Positions 41,426 to 55,530 of a DNA stretch of 64,000 nucleotides are shown here, piece after piece. Below the pieces are notes generated by a model, which was not told where the DNA came from, ran no database searches, and was given only the letters and a program-made list of their open reading frames with translations. The position numbers were made by a program, and so were the translations under genes. This stretch comes from the human T2T-CHM13v2.0 reference genome, Homo sapiens, in assembly GCF_009914755.1 (NCBI RefSeq), contig NC_060932.1. One strand, 5' to 3'. The number at the start of each line of letters is the position of its first letter. The first letter of the stretch is position 1.

Positions 41426-44373
41426 TGACCTACACTTAGTTTTTGTTGTCTGTGTAAACTGGGGGGGAATTCCCTGTTTTTCATGATCCTTACAGCCATA
41501 GTTGGTTGTTTCACTTGCTTGGGACACTTTATAAATCATAATTCTGACCTTTTAACTCAGTTCCTGTGCAGGCCATGTAATTTTGCATGATTACACATCA
41601 AACCCCTAGATGGCCTGATGTCTTGGAGTAAATGACTTGTATCCTAACGTTCAAGGTGATAAAGTCATCAGGTGATAAGAAAGTCAATGAATTTCCAGAG
41701 AAGGAACTTAAAATGATGATCTTAAAGAAACTCAATGAAATATAAGGAAATACAGATACACAATTCAATGAAATCAGGAAAGGAGTTCACAATATGAATG
41801 AGACATTTTAAAAAGAGATAGAAATCATTAAAAAAACCCCAGAAATACTGCAGTTGAAGAATTCAATCAATGAAATAGAAAAATACAATAGATAACTCCA
41901 ACAGCTGACTTCATGAAGCAAAGGGAAGAATCTCTATGCTTGAAGACAGGTCATTTGAAATTACCCAGTCAGAGAAAAGAAAGAAAAATTAAAAAGAATA
42001 AAAAAAGCCTACAAGACTTATAGGACACCATTAAGCAAACAAATATTTGTATTGTAAAAATTTCAGAAGAATAAGAGAAGGGAAAAGGCATATAAAACCT
42101 ATTTAATGAAATAATAGCTGAAAACTTACCCAGACTGGAGAGAGAGATTGATACCCAGAGCCAGCAGGAAGCTCAAAAATCCCCAGATAGATACACTCAA
42201 AAAAGTCCTTCCTGAGGCACATTATAGTCAAATTGTCTAAAGTCAAAGACAAAGGGAGAATTCTAAAACAGCAAGAGAAAAGTGTCAAATCACATGTAAG
42301 GGAATCCCCATTAGACTAACAGTAGGTTTATTCACAGAAACCTTATAGAACAGGAGAGAATGAGATGATATATTCAAAAGTGCTGAAAGAAAAAAAAAAG
42401 GCAGCCAGGAATACTATACCCAGCAAAGCTATCATCCAGAGATGAAGGAGAAATAGCCTTTTCCAGACAAGCGAAAACTGAGGAAATTCATCACCAGGAG
42501 ACTGGTCTTTCAAGAAATGCCCAAGAGAGTCCTACATCTGGAAGCAAAAAGATAGTCATCACTATCATGGAAATATACAAAAGTTATAAAACTCACTGGT
42601 AAAACATATACACAAAGGAAAAAGAGAAAAGAATCAAACCTTGTAACCATAGAAAACCACAATGACAAACAATAGGGAAGAAAGGAACAAAATAATTAGA
42701 AAATAATTAACAAAATGACAGGAATAAATCCTTTCCTATCTAGAATAATCTTGAATGTAAATGGATTAAATTACCCAGGTAAAGGTATAGACTGGCCAAA
42801 TGGATTTTTTTAAATGAACTATTATTTGCTGCCTACAAGAAACTCGCTTTTTCTGCAAAGACACATATAGACTGAATGTGAAGGGATGTAAAAATGTATT
42901 CTACACAACTAGAAACCAAAAGTGATCAGGAGTAGTTATATGAGATAGAATAGACTTTAAGTCAAAAACTGTGAAAAGAGACAATGGTCATTATATAATG
43001 ATAAAGGGATCAATTCAGCAAGATGATATAACAATCCTAAACATGTATATACCCAGATATATAAAGCAAATATTATTAGATCTGAAGAGAGAGATAGACT
43101 TTAATATGCTAATAGTTAGGGACTTTAACACCTCATTCTCAGCATTGGACAGATCATCTAAACAGAAAATTAATAAAGAAACTTTGGATTTAAATTTCAC
43201 TTTAGACCAAATGGACCTAACAGACATTTCCAGAACATTTCATCCAATAGCTGCAGATTATGAGCTTCTTCTCATTAACATAGGGCACATTCTCCAAGAT
43301 AGACCACGTGTTAGGCCAAAAACCAAGTCTCAACAAATTTAACATAATTTAAATAATGTAAAGTATCTTTTCTGGCCACAGTGGGACAAAACTAGAAATC
43401 AATAACAAGGGAATCTTTCAAAATTATAAAAATACCTGGAAATTAAGCAATATGCTCCTGAAATACCTATGGGTCAATGAAGAAAATAGAAGACAATTGA
43501 AAAAATTTCTTGAAGCAAATTAAAATAGAAACACAACATACCAAAACCTTTGGGATACAGCAAAAGCAATATTAACAGTGAAGTTTATGGCAATAAATGC
43601 CTACATCAAAAAATCTTAGAAAAATCTTAGAATGATTTCAAACCAGCAACCTAACAGTGCATCTCAAAGAGCTAGAAGAGCAAAAACAAGCCAAACCCAA
43701 AATTAATAGAGGGAAGAATAAGGATTAGAGCAGGAATAAGCAAAATTATTATTTAAAAATATAAAAGATCGACAAAATAGAAGTTAGTTTGTTGAAAAGA
43801 CAAACAAAATAGAAAAACCATTAGCTAGACTAACCAAGAAAAAGGAAGAAATATCCAAATAAATACAATCAGAAGTGAAAAACGACACATTACAAATACA
43901 CATAAACACAAAGGGTCACTTAATCTATTATGAATAACTATACACTAACAAATTAGAAAATGTCACAGAAATGGATAAATTCCTAGATACATATACTAAG
44001 ATTGAACCAAGAAGAAATAGAAAACCTGAACAGATGAATTATAACAAGACTGAATCTGTAATATATAGACTCCCATCAAACAGAATTCCAAGACCCAATG
44101 GCTTCACTGTGAAATTCTACCAAACATTTAAAGCAAAACTCATACAAATTATTCTCAAACCTTTCCAGAAATTTGAAGGCATGGGAATTCTTTCAAACCC
44201 ATGCCATGAGGCCATCATTACTCTGATACCAAAACAAGATAAGGACAAAAAAAAAATAGGCCAATATCCCTGATGCACATAGACACAAAAATCCTCAACA
44301 AAATACTAGCAAACCAAATCCAGCAGCACATTAAAAAGATCATTCATTATGATGAAGTAAGATCTCAGGAAGG

Positions 44374-44812
44374 CAAGGATGATTCAATATATGCAAATTA
44401 ATAAATATGATATGTCACATGAACAGAATTCAGTACAAAATCCATATAATCATCTCAACAGTCACAGACAAAGCATTTGATAAAATTCAACATCTCTTCA
44501 TGATAAAAACTCTCAACAAGTATACAAGAAATGTATCTCAACACAATAAAGGCTATATATGACAAACCCATAAACAATGTCATAGTCAATCAAGGATGAT
44601 TCAATATATGTGAATTAATAAATATGATATGTCACATGAACAGAACTAAGTACAAAACCCATATAATCATCTCAATAGTTACAGAAAAAGCATTTGATAA
44701 AATTGAACATCTCTTCATGATAAAAATTCTCAGCAAGTTAAGTATAGAAGAAATGTATCTCAACACAATAAAGGCTATATACAACGAACCCATAAACAAT
44801 GTCATAGTGAAT
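44374..44812 (+). repeat. About 220-bp tandem duplication inside the L1 ORF2 RT region
   Basis: CAAGGATGATTCAATATATG...AACAATGTCATAGT(C/G)AAT at 44374-44590 and again at 44591-44812. Confidence 0.93.
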
Positions 44813-46071
44813 GAGGCACAGTTCACAGGTTTTCCTCTAAGATCTGGAACAAGACAAGAATGCCCACTTTCACCACTTTTATTCAACATAATACTAGAAA
44901 TCCTAGCCAGATCAATTAGCCAAGAGAAAGAAATAAAGGGCATCCAAATTGGAAAGGAGGAAGTTGTCTGTTTGCAGACAATATGATCTTATATATTAAA
45001 AAAAAACTTTAAAACTTCACCAACAAAACCTTTCTTAGAACTGATAAACAAATTTAAAAAAGCTAAAGCATACAAAATCAACATAGAAAAATCAGTAGTC
45101 AGCAGTGTTTCCATACACTAACAACAAACTAGAGGAAAACAATCAAGAAAGCAATCCTATTTGCAATAGCTATAAAAAATTTAAAATACCCAGGAATAAA
45201 TGTAACCAAGGAGGTGAAAGACCTCTACAAGGAAAACTACAAAACACTGATGAAAGAAATTGAAAGGGACACAAAAATATGAAAGACATCCCATGTCATG
45301 GACTGAAAGAATTAAGATTGAGGAAATGGCCATAATACCAAAAGCAATCTACAGATTCAAAGCAATCTTTATCAAAATACCAATGACATTCTTCACAGAA
45401 ATAGAAATAATCCTAAAATTCATATGCAACCACAAAAGACTCTGAACAGCTAAGGCAATCTTGATTAAAAAAAAACGAAAAACAAAAACAAAGCTGGAGG
45501 CATCACACTACCTGATGTCAAAATATACTACAAAGCTATAGTAACCAAAACAGCATGGTACTGACATAAATAGACTCATAGACCAACAGAACAGAATAGA
45601 GAACCCAGAAATAAATTCACGTATTTACAACCAACAGATTTTCAACAAAGGCACTAAGAAGATTCACTGGGTAAGGGACAGTCTTTTCAGTAAATGGTGA
45701 TGGGAAAACTGGATATCCATATGCAAAAAAATGAATCTAGACTCCTATCCCTCACCATATACAAAAAATCTATTCAAAGTGGATTAAAGACTTAAAAGTA
45801 AGACCCCAGAATTATCAAACTACTAGAAAAAAACACAGGGAAAATGCTTTAGGAAATTGGTCTGGGCAAAGACTTTATGGAGAAGACTGGCAACAAAATA
45901 AAAAATAGACAGTTGGGATTATATCAAGCTAAAAACGTTCTGCACAGTAAAGGAAACAATCAAGAGAGTGAAGAGACAACCTGCAAAATGAGGGAAAATA
46001 TTTGCAAACTGTTCATCCAACAATGGATGAATGTCCAGAATACACAGGGAACTCAAACAACTCAATAGCAA

Positions 46072-46106
<35 letters not shown>

Positions 46107-46107
46107 A
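46072..46107 (+). repeat. (ATG)n trinucleotide microsatellite
   Basis: Uninterrupted ATG/GAT run within L1. Confidence 0.95.
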
Positions 46108-47270
46108 ATTCAATCAAATAGTGGGCAAATGAGCTGAAGAGACATCTCTTAAAGGGAGGCGTACAAATGGCCAACAAGAATATTTAAAAATGCTCAATAT
46201 CACTAATCATCAGGGAAATACAAATCAAAACCACAGTGAGATATCTTCTCACCCCAGTGAGAATGGCTGGGGTGAGATTATCAAAAAGACAAAAAAAAAT
46301 GCTGATGAAGATGAAACAAAAAGTGGAGTGATCTCTTATACACTGTTGGTTGAATTGTAAATTAGTACAGCCATTATGGAAAACAGAAAGGAGGTTTCTC
46401 AAAAAACTAAAAATAGAACCACCAATGTATATATCCAAAGGAAAGGAAATCAGCAGGTCAAAGAGATATCTGCATTCCCATGTTTATTGCAGATAGCCAC
46501 AATATGGCATCAACCTAAATGTCCATCAACACATGAATGAATAAAGAAAATGTGATATATATAGATCACATATATATAATGTGAAATAATGGAATATTAT
46601 TTAGCCATATAAAAGAATGAAATTCTGTCACCCACAGCAATATGAATAAGCTTGGAGGACATTATGTTAAGTGAAATCAGAAAAATAAATACTACATATT
46701 CTCACTTGCATGTGGAGGCTAAAAACACTGGTCTGCTAGAAGCAGAGTGTAGAATAGTGGTTACCAGAGGTGGGAAATGGCAGGAGGGAGAGGGAGATAG
46801 CCAAAGTTGGTTAATAGATACGAAATACAGCTAGAGAGGACAAATGAGTTCTGGTGTTCTATAGCAATAAAGAGTGACTATAATCAACAACAATTTTCTG
46901 TATACATTCAAATCACTAGAAGAGTAGATCTTGAACGTACCCAACACAAAGAAATGATAAATATTTGAGGTGATGTATATGCTAACTACCCTGATTTGAT
47001 TATTACACATGGTATAGATTTATTGAAATGACACACTGTACCCCACAAATATGTACAATATTATATGTCAATTAAAAATAATAGAAACAAAAAAGCAAAA
47101 AACAAAAAATAACAAAAACAAAAAATATTACAACTTTGCTAAGTATCATATATAAAAAATGTATTGTTTATACTCGTCTTATTTCCAAAGTAGATTTGGA
47201 GTACCCAATTACTCAAGTGTAAGTTTTATTTGGCTGACATTTTAACTTTTTTTCTTTCATATAATTTCAG

Positions 47271-47916
47271 AAAGTCAATAAAGAATGTGAATTGGTTAAC
47301 CTTAAAGAGAGCTATCTTTAGCAGCTTGGAATTTAAAGTACAAATAAATGAAGGATGTCTTTCATAAGCAAATGACGTGTCATTTGGGACAAATGCGATA
47401 TGATGTGTGGGTTCATCCAACATATGCATCCAACATCAGGATACTGGAGCATACCTGGTGTAGTTATAATTTCCAAGATGGGTGTGTGTGTGTACATATC
47501 AACCTTAGTAGTTAATTTCATCACTGACTGGCCTCAGCTGTTCTTATATGTTCATCTTGGCTTTCTGTCAGTGGGGATGAATGGATGGATATATTCAGAT
47601 CCTTCCTTTGCCTGATCCATCTTCTCACCCATGGCTTACATGTGTCAGATGTTTGGCTTACTTGAATCTGTGATCATGTTAGTGCATTATTATCTGTTCC
47701 ACTAGAGAGGGAAGAGGTCTCAAGGCCTTGTCTCATTAGCCCTACAGTCGACTCAACTGTCCTAACAAACCACTCAATTCAGGAGATGTGAAATGTTTGC
47801 ATCAACTGGGCAAATTATGCTAACTCACTGTGGCTCAGTTTCTACATTTGTTCATAGGGAGAATCTAAGCCAACATTTTGTCCACTAGCATATGTTGACC
47901 ATATATAGGGCTGCCT
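47271..47916 (+). pseudogene. Large STRA6-like pseudo-exon
   Basis: Acceptor TTTCAG| after a pyrimidine tract. One frame gives KESYL*QL...RMSFISK*RVIWDKC...HPTSGYWSIPGVVIISKMGVCVYISTLVV versus STRA6 SEEYLRNL...KHGFLSWARVCLRHC...[29 protein letters not shown]. It ends H*HMLTIYRA versus HRTNLRALHRG (STRA6) and YRKHMKRLWAG (STRA6L). Confidence 0.78.
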
Positions 47917-47948
47917 GCAAGTAGTTGGCTTGTTTCTAAAATAACCCA

Positions 47949-48040
47949 ATGACACTAAAAGCCCAGACTTCACCACTACACAATATATCCATGTAACAAA
48001 CCTACACTTGTACCCCTATATCTATAAAATAAGTAAATAA
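47949..48040 (+). mobile_element. About 90-bp 5'-truncated L1 3' end with TSD
   Basis: AAAAGCCCAGACTTCACCACTACACAATATATCCATGTAACAAACCTACACTTGTACCCC; TSD AAAATAACCCA at 47938-47948 and 48039-48049. Confidence 0.85.
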
Positions 48041-48151
48041 AATAACCCAGTTAACTGGAGGGAAAGACAGCATACAATGTTAAAAACAGTTGCGTAGATG
48101 AAAAACTATAACTTAGTTGAAAATTGGCTTTTTTAAAAACAACTTTTTCAG

Positions 48152-48470
48152 TTTGGGGATATTTCAATATTTAATATATCAGTGGCAGATGTACAGATAT
48201 ACTCAGTTCCTTCTGTTGCCTGATTCATCTTTTGACCTATGGCTTACATGTGTCAGATGTTTGGCTCACTAGAAAGAGAAGTAAGTTGAGAGAAATAGGA
48301 AAGTGAACTTTTCCTATTTTTGAGTCCAGAGTTTTTGGGGTACATTTTAATCTCTGATTTTTCTTGGTATTTAGTAAAATTCACATTTGTTATAATATGA
48401 TGAATCCTGAGTACTGTAATTTTCAGACAAACTTCTCTTTTGCAGTTACATTATTGTTGCAATTATGAGA
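48152..48470 (+). pseudogene. Two STRA6-like pseudo-exon remnants (48152-48280; about 48327-48470)
   Basis: TTTTTCAG| ... |GTAAGT at 48281, and |GTAAGT at 48471. YIS(frameshift)WQM resembles STRA6L YSGWQI; FLGYILI...FVII resembles LWGYLII followed by a hydrophobic helix. Confidence 0.55.
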
Positions 48471-49069
48471 GTAAGTGTATTTTTCATCTGGCACAGCATT
48501 TCTTTTTTTCATAATATAAAATGCTTAGCCTGAATTGTGATCCAGAAGTGGCAGAGTTAAAACTTCAGGCCATAAATATGTATTGAAATGCGAATGAAGG
48601 TAGCAGATCCAAAATATTGGAAATGCAGCTGAATAAGCATTTAAGGGAGGGTGTGTTCCTGAAAGATACCAATATATCTCGTTGCTGCCTAGCTAGGAAA
48701 GGAATGAGTCAACTTGCTGGACGAGTCCAACAGAGACTAACATGAAGCTCTGAAATTGTGAGAGAGTTCTCATGTCCTGTTCCCACAGGATTGCCAAGGA
48801 ATTTACTTTTCAACGAAACATAAAACGATGCATGAGACCTTAATGTTAGAGCTGGCTTTTGGTCTTAGCACAGTTAGCTTCTGAGAGCAGTTGGCTGCTG
48901 TTTTGCATATTCTGGCTGAATATGCTACATGTCCCAGCCCTGACTCCTTTATTGAAAAATCTGTAGAGTGTCCCAGTGCAAGGTCCCATGATGCACCTTG
49001 CAGAATTACTATATGGACAGTCATTTCCAACCATCCAAAGATATGATCAGTCTGTTTGCGAAAGGAATT

Positions 49070-50530
49070 CTGGCTTCACAGATTTTATTTTTTCCCCATT
49101 TTTTCCCCATAAACACTGAGTTACAAGTTGTGCATTTCCAGAAATAAAGGCAGAGAAGGGTGCGGGGAAGAGTTTTGTGATGTGTGTGTGGGAGGCGTGA
49201 GCAAGGAAGAGTTGGGAACCTGTGGTCGGCCCCCTACCCAGCCCTGGACAGGGCTCCGGCCCCTGCAGTGGGGCCTCTGAGGAAGAGGTGGGCAAGGGTC
49301 CAGGGTAGCTGAGGGTTGGAAGAAGCCTCTAAATCCAGCGCTCACCCCCAAAGACCCTCCAATGCATGGTAGCGGTAGAATGGGGAAGCTGAGGAGGCTC
49401 AAAAATGGAGCAGCAAAACGTAAAATCAAGTTAGTGGATACAGGAGAAGTGGATCATCATGATAAGGGGATTAAAGAAGGAAAAAGTAGGTTAAGGGAGC
49501 AGTGAAAGGTTCTGCCTGAGGCCCTTAGGGAGAGGTGGGGGCCAGCTTGCCTATTAATTTAATATTAAATTGGGGATGGGAGTTAGAGAGGAAAAAGTTA
49601 TTTCCGGGTATGATTTCTCAGCCTCTTGGCCAGTACAAGAGAGGCCGAGGCCTGGGGAAGGCGGCGGGACCTTCGGGAGCGGGAGTCCTGGGGTCCCTGT
49701 AAGTCCAGGCGGAGAGGCTCCTGAGTCCTTCGTCCCCACCACCCCATGCCTCTGACGGTGGAAATGCCAGAGGGCGCTGCTGCTGCGGGAGCAGGAAGCC
49801 AGCCTCCGTCCCCCAGCGGCAAACGCCGCGGCCTCACTCGCACCCGGATTGTTGTGGCCCTGCCGCTCCTCCAGTCCCAGTCCTCTCCAGGCCACCGCCC
49901 GAATCCCTGTCAGTCCCCCGCGTGGCCTGGGCCCCGCCGGTGCGACTGCGTCTCTGATGTCCCTTGGTAGACCGTGGGGACACCCTCTCCCGCGCTGGAG
50001 TAGGAGATGGCAGCGGAGGATGAAACGGTCTGGCAAGAGCCTCCAGCTGTCATGTGTTCCATCAGTCATGTCGTTCATCATCCCAAGCATGTCCACGAAG
50101 CCACCCGACGTTTCCAGCATCCCCAAGGGGGAGACAGCCCCAGCCTGCACCCTGCAGCTGTGATGCCATCTGCGATGCCGAGGAAGGGGCTCCAGCCAAA
50201 GCCACCTGACAGCAAATGCTGACGGCGAGTAGCAGAGGGGCCCACCAGGAACGCGGGATCTTCGGACTCCATGTCCCTCATGAGACGGGACATCCTGATC
50301 CTTGCTCCAGGGGGCTCTACACCGCCCCGGATTCAGGCTCAGTGGCCCATCCGCGGGGTTCGCTTCTTCGCGTGCTGCAGGATCAGGGTCGCGGCCTGGG
50401 AAGCAGGGTTGGTCCAGGCTTGGGCTCCTCCGCGTCCCCCGACCCCCAACCCCTGCCCCGTTCCCTTCAGCCTCCTCCCACAGTTGCTTTTCCCGAAGAT
50501 CCCAACCCCTACTCCTGGACCCCGAGCCCG
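49070..50530 (-). pseudogene. Processed pseudogene of MLF2 (myeloid leukemia factor 2)
   Basis: Intronless; ATG at 50293. [16 protein letters not shown]...[21 protein letters not shown]...GMMNDM, EERQ...SEAAAF and QGPQDSRSRRSRR match MLF2 across several frameshifts and internal deletions. MLF2-like 3'UTR runs to AATAAA at 49084-49089. Confidence 0.92.
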
Positions 50531-50534
50531 ACTG

Positions 50535-50542
50535 ATTTATTT

Positions 50543-50586
<44 letters not shown>
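50535..50586 (+). repeat. (TTTA)n microsatellite
   Basis: Direct reading. Confidence 0.95.
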
Positions 50587-50587
<1 letters not shown>

Positions 50588-50699
50588 ATCATTATCTTTC
50601 TCCTTCCAAACAAACAAACGCCAGACAACTGCTGACATTTTCTTAAATCATCCCTGCTTCGTTGCCATCCCAAAGCATCATCATAGAGGGGAACTGTAG

Positions 50700-50950
50700 A
50701 GAGATTGGCGTCGTTCAGTGTGTGGACTAACACGGAATCCCTTTGGAAAATTATAGGAGACAAATAAAGGCCTGCTCAAATGGAATAATCGTGAGATCGA
50801 TCTTATGTATAAAACATGTTGATTTCTGTGAATAACTCAGTCTAGTCTGCTCATTAGCCTCTTGGTAATGACATTGCAGGGAATTTGTTTTTTCTTTTTC
50901 TCATTACGTCATTTACTTCTACTGCTACTTTGAAATTTTCATCATAGCAA
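50700..50950 (+). pseudogene. Two STRA6-like pseudo-exons joined by an 89-nt GT-AG intron (50791-50879)
   Basis: IGVVQ/VWTNTESLWKIIGDK*RP/LKWNN(R) resembles STRA6L ILQVWIAGTFFLQPKLGTSDKQKPLALNNR. The next exon, (R)NLFFLF/HYVIYFYCYF, resembles RAFHNFNYFLFFYNVL. The intron falls at the NNR junction. Confidence 0.72.
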
Positions 50951-51638
50951 GTAAAGCATTTGCTTAAGGTTGAAAGGAAGAGTGTGCCAGGATCTGTTAA
51001 CAGTGGTGAAGTAAGTGCATTGACCAAGAATTTAGAGGGTTCTGGCTTCTGGGTTCCCTGTGACAGTGGGGGAGGCTGGGATCACTGGAAGACCAATGGG
51101 GTAGGAGAGGGGGAAGAAGGATGTACATGATCCATTATGTGAGTGAGAAGCGTTAACTGAAATAATCTCTCACGCAAAAATAAAAGATAACCTCTAAAAG
51201 AGAGGAGAATTGTGCAAATGAGCATGGCGAATCATCATCATTTTTTATATAAGCAAATAACTTCAGGCAAAAGTGGGAGTTTAGATTTAGATTACAAGTT
51301 TAGTTCTGTGTGCTGTATAGTACATTTCACAAAGTCTGCAAATCTTTTCTATTAATAGAAGCAATAAAATATTTTCCATTATTCACTTAAATCAGAAATG
51401 TGAGCATCTTCTGTGATTCCTTTTCTCTGCCACCCTGTGGATTTTACTTAAAACTGCAGTAGTAATGTTCAGAGTTGAATATATCAACTGATGTTTACAT
51501 TTTTTTATTTATTTTCATTTGAATTTTTTCAAAAGATTGACAGACACAATTAATAAATATTTTTAAAAACCCACCATAGGTTAATAATAAAAATTCCAAG
51601 TACATATAGGTATCTTTTAAGACTTTTTTAAAAAATAG

Positions 51639-52016
<378 letters not shown>

Positions 52017-52029
52017 TGAAGTTGCAAGG

Positions 52030-53750
<1,721 letters not shown>

Positions 53751-54243
53751 GATAAAGGGATCCCAGGTCTATTTTCTGCTTAGAGAATTGTTTAGTATGT
53801 GAATTTTCTTTTACTCAATAGCATAGGCCAAGGGGTTCTAGGTTCTTCTCAGAAGATATGAAACTCTCTGCTACTAAACTCATCAAAAATTTAGTTGTAA
53901 GAAATAATTAAAAATAATTCCTTGAGAATATGCAGTTTACTCATTCCTGTTAAGGTCCAAATTTCATCCGTGGACAAAGAACTGAATATTTAGACAGCTT
54001 TCATTTACCGCCTCCTTTGTAACTGTTTTTCCTGAGTTCCCCCTTATGTTATACCTTTAGCTTCCTTTGAGCAGCAGTATAAAAAACAGCCACATAAAAC
54101 TCTGTATTTGCTATAAGAAAGTTAAGAAAAACATAATCTGTTTTATCAAATGGTTCTTCTCTTGCAATTCAGTGTTGGGAACGTATGTGCTTCTTTCTCC
54201 TGAGCTACTCATAGTTTTTTGCTTGTTTGTTTGCTTATCTTAG

Positions 54244-54343
54244 AGACCCTATGACTGATGACTGATCTTTTCTCTCTGTATTTGGTCACTAAGAAGCTTA
54301 GAAATTGTGACCTATCAATTTTGCAAGAATTTCTGGCACATTA
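54244..54343 (+). pseudogene. STRA6-like pseudo-exon: TL*LMTDLFSLYLVTKKLRNCDLSILQEFLAH
   Basis: Acceptor CTTATCTTAG|. Removing a 7-nt (TGACTGA) tandem copy and one CT gives TL(R)LIFSLYLVTKKLRNCDLSIL, ungapped against STRA6 [23 protein letters not shown]. Confidence 0.72.
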
Positions 54344-54405
54344 TATATGTTTGTGGCCTCTGGCTTCATTTTATAATGTCATGCTTGGTTTTCTCTTCAT
54401 CTTCC

Positions 54406-54406
<1 letters not shown>

Positions 54407-54459
<53 letters not shown>

Positions 54460-54610
54460 ATCTATCTATCTACCTATCTATCTACCTATCTATCTAAGAT
54501 AATGTCTTGTTATGTTGCCCGGGCTGGCCTCCAACTCCTGGCCCAAGTGATCTTCCTGCCTCAGCCTTTCAAGTTGCTGGGACTACAGATATGTGCCACT
54601 ATGCCTGGCT
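54407..54610 (-). repeat. (CTAT)n tetranucleotide STR (54407-54495) plus Alu monomer (FLAM-like)
   Basis: Long CTAT run followed by an antisense Alu monomer. Confidence 0.9.
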
Positions 54611-54758
54611 TCTTTACTTATTTTGATCCTTATGTATTTTGTAAACTTCCTCAAATAATTCCCAGACTGAGGCTAGTTCGTAAATAAAATAAAATTGGAC
54701 TGCTAGTTAGATATACTGTTTAAAACATTGATTATTCAGAGAGAATGTGGCTAGTGAT

Positions 54759-54791
54759 ACACACACACACACACACGCACACACACACACA
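54759..54791 (+). repeat. (CA)n microsatellite
   Basis: Direct reading. Confidence 0.95.
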
Positions 54792-54887
54792 AAAAATTGA
54801 ACATGTTTGGAACAGAGATGAATCATAAAAACAGGTTAAATACCTCATTTCTTTTTTAAAAATTAGGGTAATTAGAATGCTAGGCAT

Positions 54888-55370
54888 TTAATAATAGCAA
54901 CACTATTCACAATAGTCAAAGGTGGAAATAATCTAAATGTCCATCAGTGGATGAATGAATAAACAAACCGTGGTATACACACATAATAGAATATTATTCA
55001 GCCATAAAGACGAATGAAATTTTGATGAATGCTACAACATCGATGAACCTTAAAAACACTATGCTAAATGAAAGAAGCCAGACTCCAAAAGACAATATAG
55101 TATGACTCCACTTATATGAGATAGCTAGAAAAGACAAATTCATAGAGACAGAAAGTAGAATAGAAGTTACCAGGTCTGGGAGAGTGTGGAACGGGAGAAT
55201 TATTGCTTAATGGTTATAGAGTTTCTGTTTGAGATGATGAAGGAGTTTTGGAACTAGATAGTGGTGACAGTTGCGCAACATTGTGAATGTACTTAATGCC
55301 ACTGAACTGTACACTTTCTTAAAATGGTAAACTTCGTGTTATATGTATATTTCCACAATAAAATTTTAAA
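54888..55370 (+). mobile_element. L1MB-like 3' end
   Basis: GATGAACCTTAAAAACACTATGCTAAATGAAAGAAGCCAG; GTGAATGTACTTAATGCCACTGAACTGTACAC. Confidence 0.85.
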
Positions 55371-55399
55371 CAGTTTAAATACCATTCTTTTGTTACTAG

Positions 55400-55530
55400 G
55401 GTCATTAGAGATGCTAGTCTGTTAATGGGTTGTTATTGGTTGTCACCTACTTTTTCCATAAGACATCCTAGTGCTCATGCTAGCCAATTGATATTATCAA
55501 GAAGCTCCTATTCTGTTAAAGACCCAATCT
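55400..55530 (+). pseudogene. STRA6-like pseudo-exon: ...ASLLMGCYWLSPTF.../DILVLM
   Basis: Acceptor TTCTTTTGTTACTAG|. SLLMGCYWLSP aligns ungapped to STRA6L MLFVDHYHTNP; DILV resembles HILI. Weaker similarity. Confidence 0.5.

Larger units (their letters stand above)
41685..47126 (+). mobile_element. About 5.4-kb L1MA-type LINE-1 (partial ORF1, degenerate ORF2, 3'UTR, A-rich tail)
   Basis: ORF-track fragments match the L1 endonuclease (GHYIMIKGSIQQ, DFNT) and RT ([22 protein letters not shown]); L1MA 3' end CCAACACAAAGAAATGATAAATATTTGAGGTGATG. Confidence 0.93.

Noticed and set aside
42971-45445. L1 ORF2 fragments as an active retrotransposon
   Set aside because: Numerous stops and frameshifts, an internal duplication and no 5'UTR.
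45919-46113. Poly-His ORF
   Set aside because: Antisense translation of an (ATG)n microsatellite inside L1.
49554-50150. 198-aa ORF as a functional MLF2 retrogene
   Set aside because: It drifts in and out of the MLF2 frame through frameshifts, lacks the N-terminus and runs into the 3'UTR.
50535-50586. (TTTA)n as the polyA tail of the MLF2 retrocopy
   Set aside because: It lies at the retrocopy's 5' end; the tail would be near 49060, where none is visible.
54367-54400. FYNVMLG peptide resembling STRA6L FYNVLLG
   Set aside because: Out of order: it follows DLSIL, whereas in the family it precedes it, and the 50880 exon already fills that position. Treated as coincidence.
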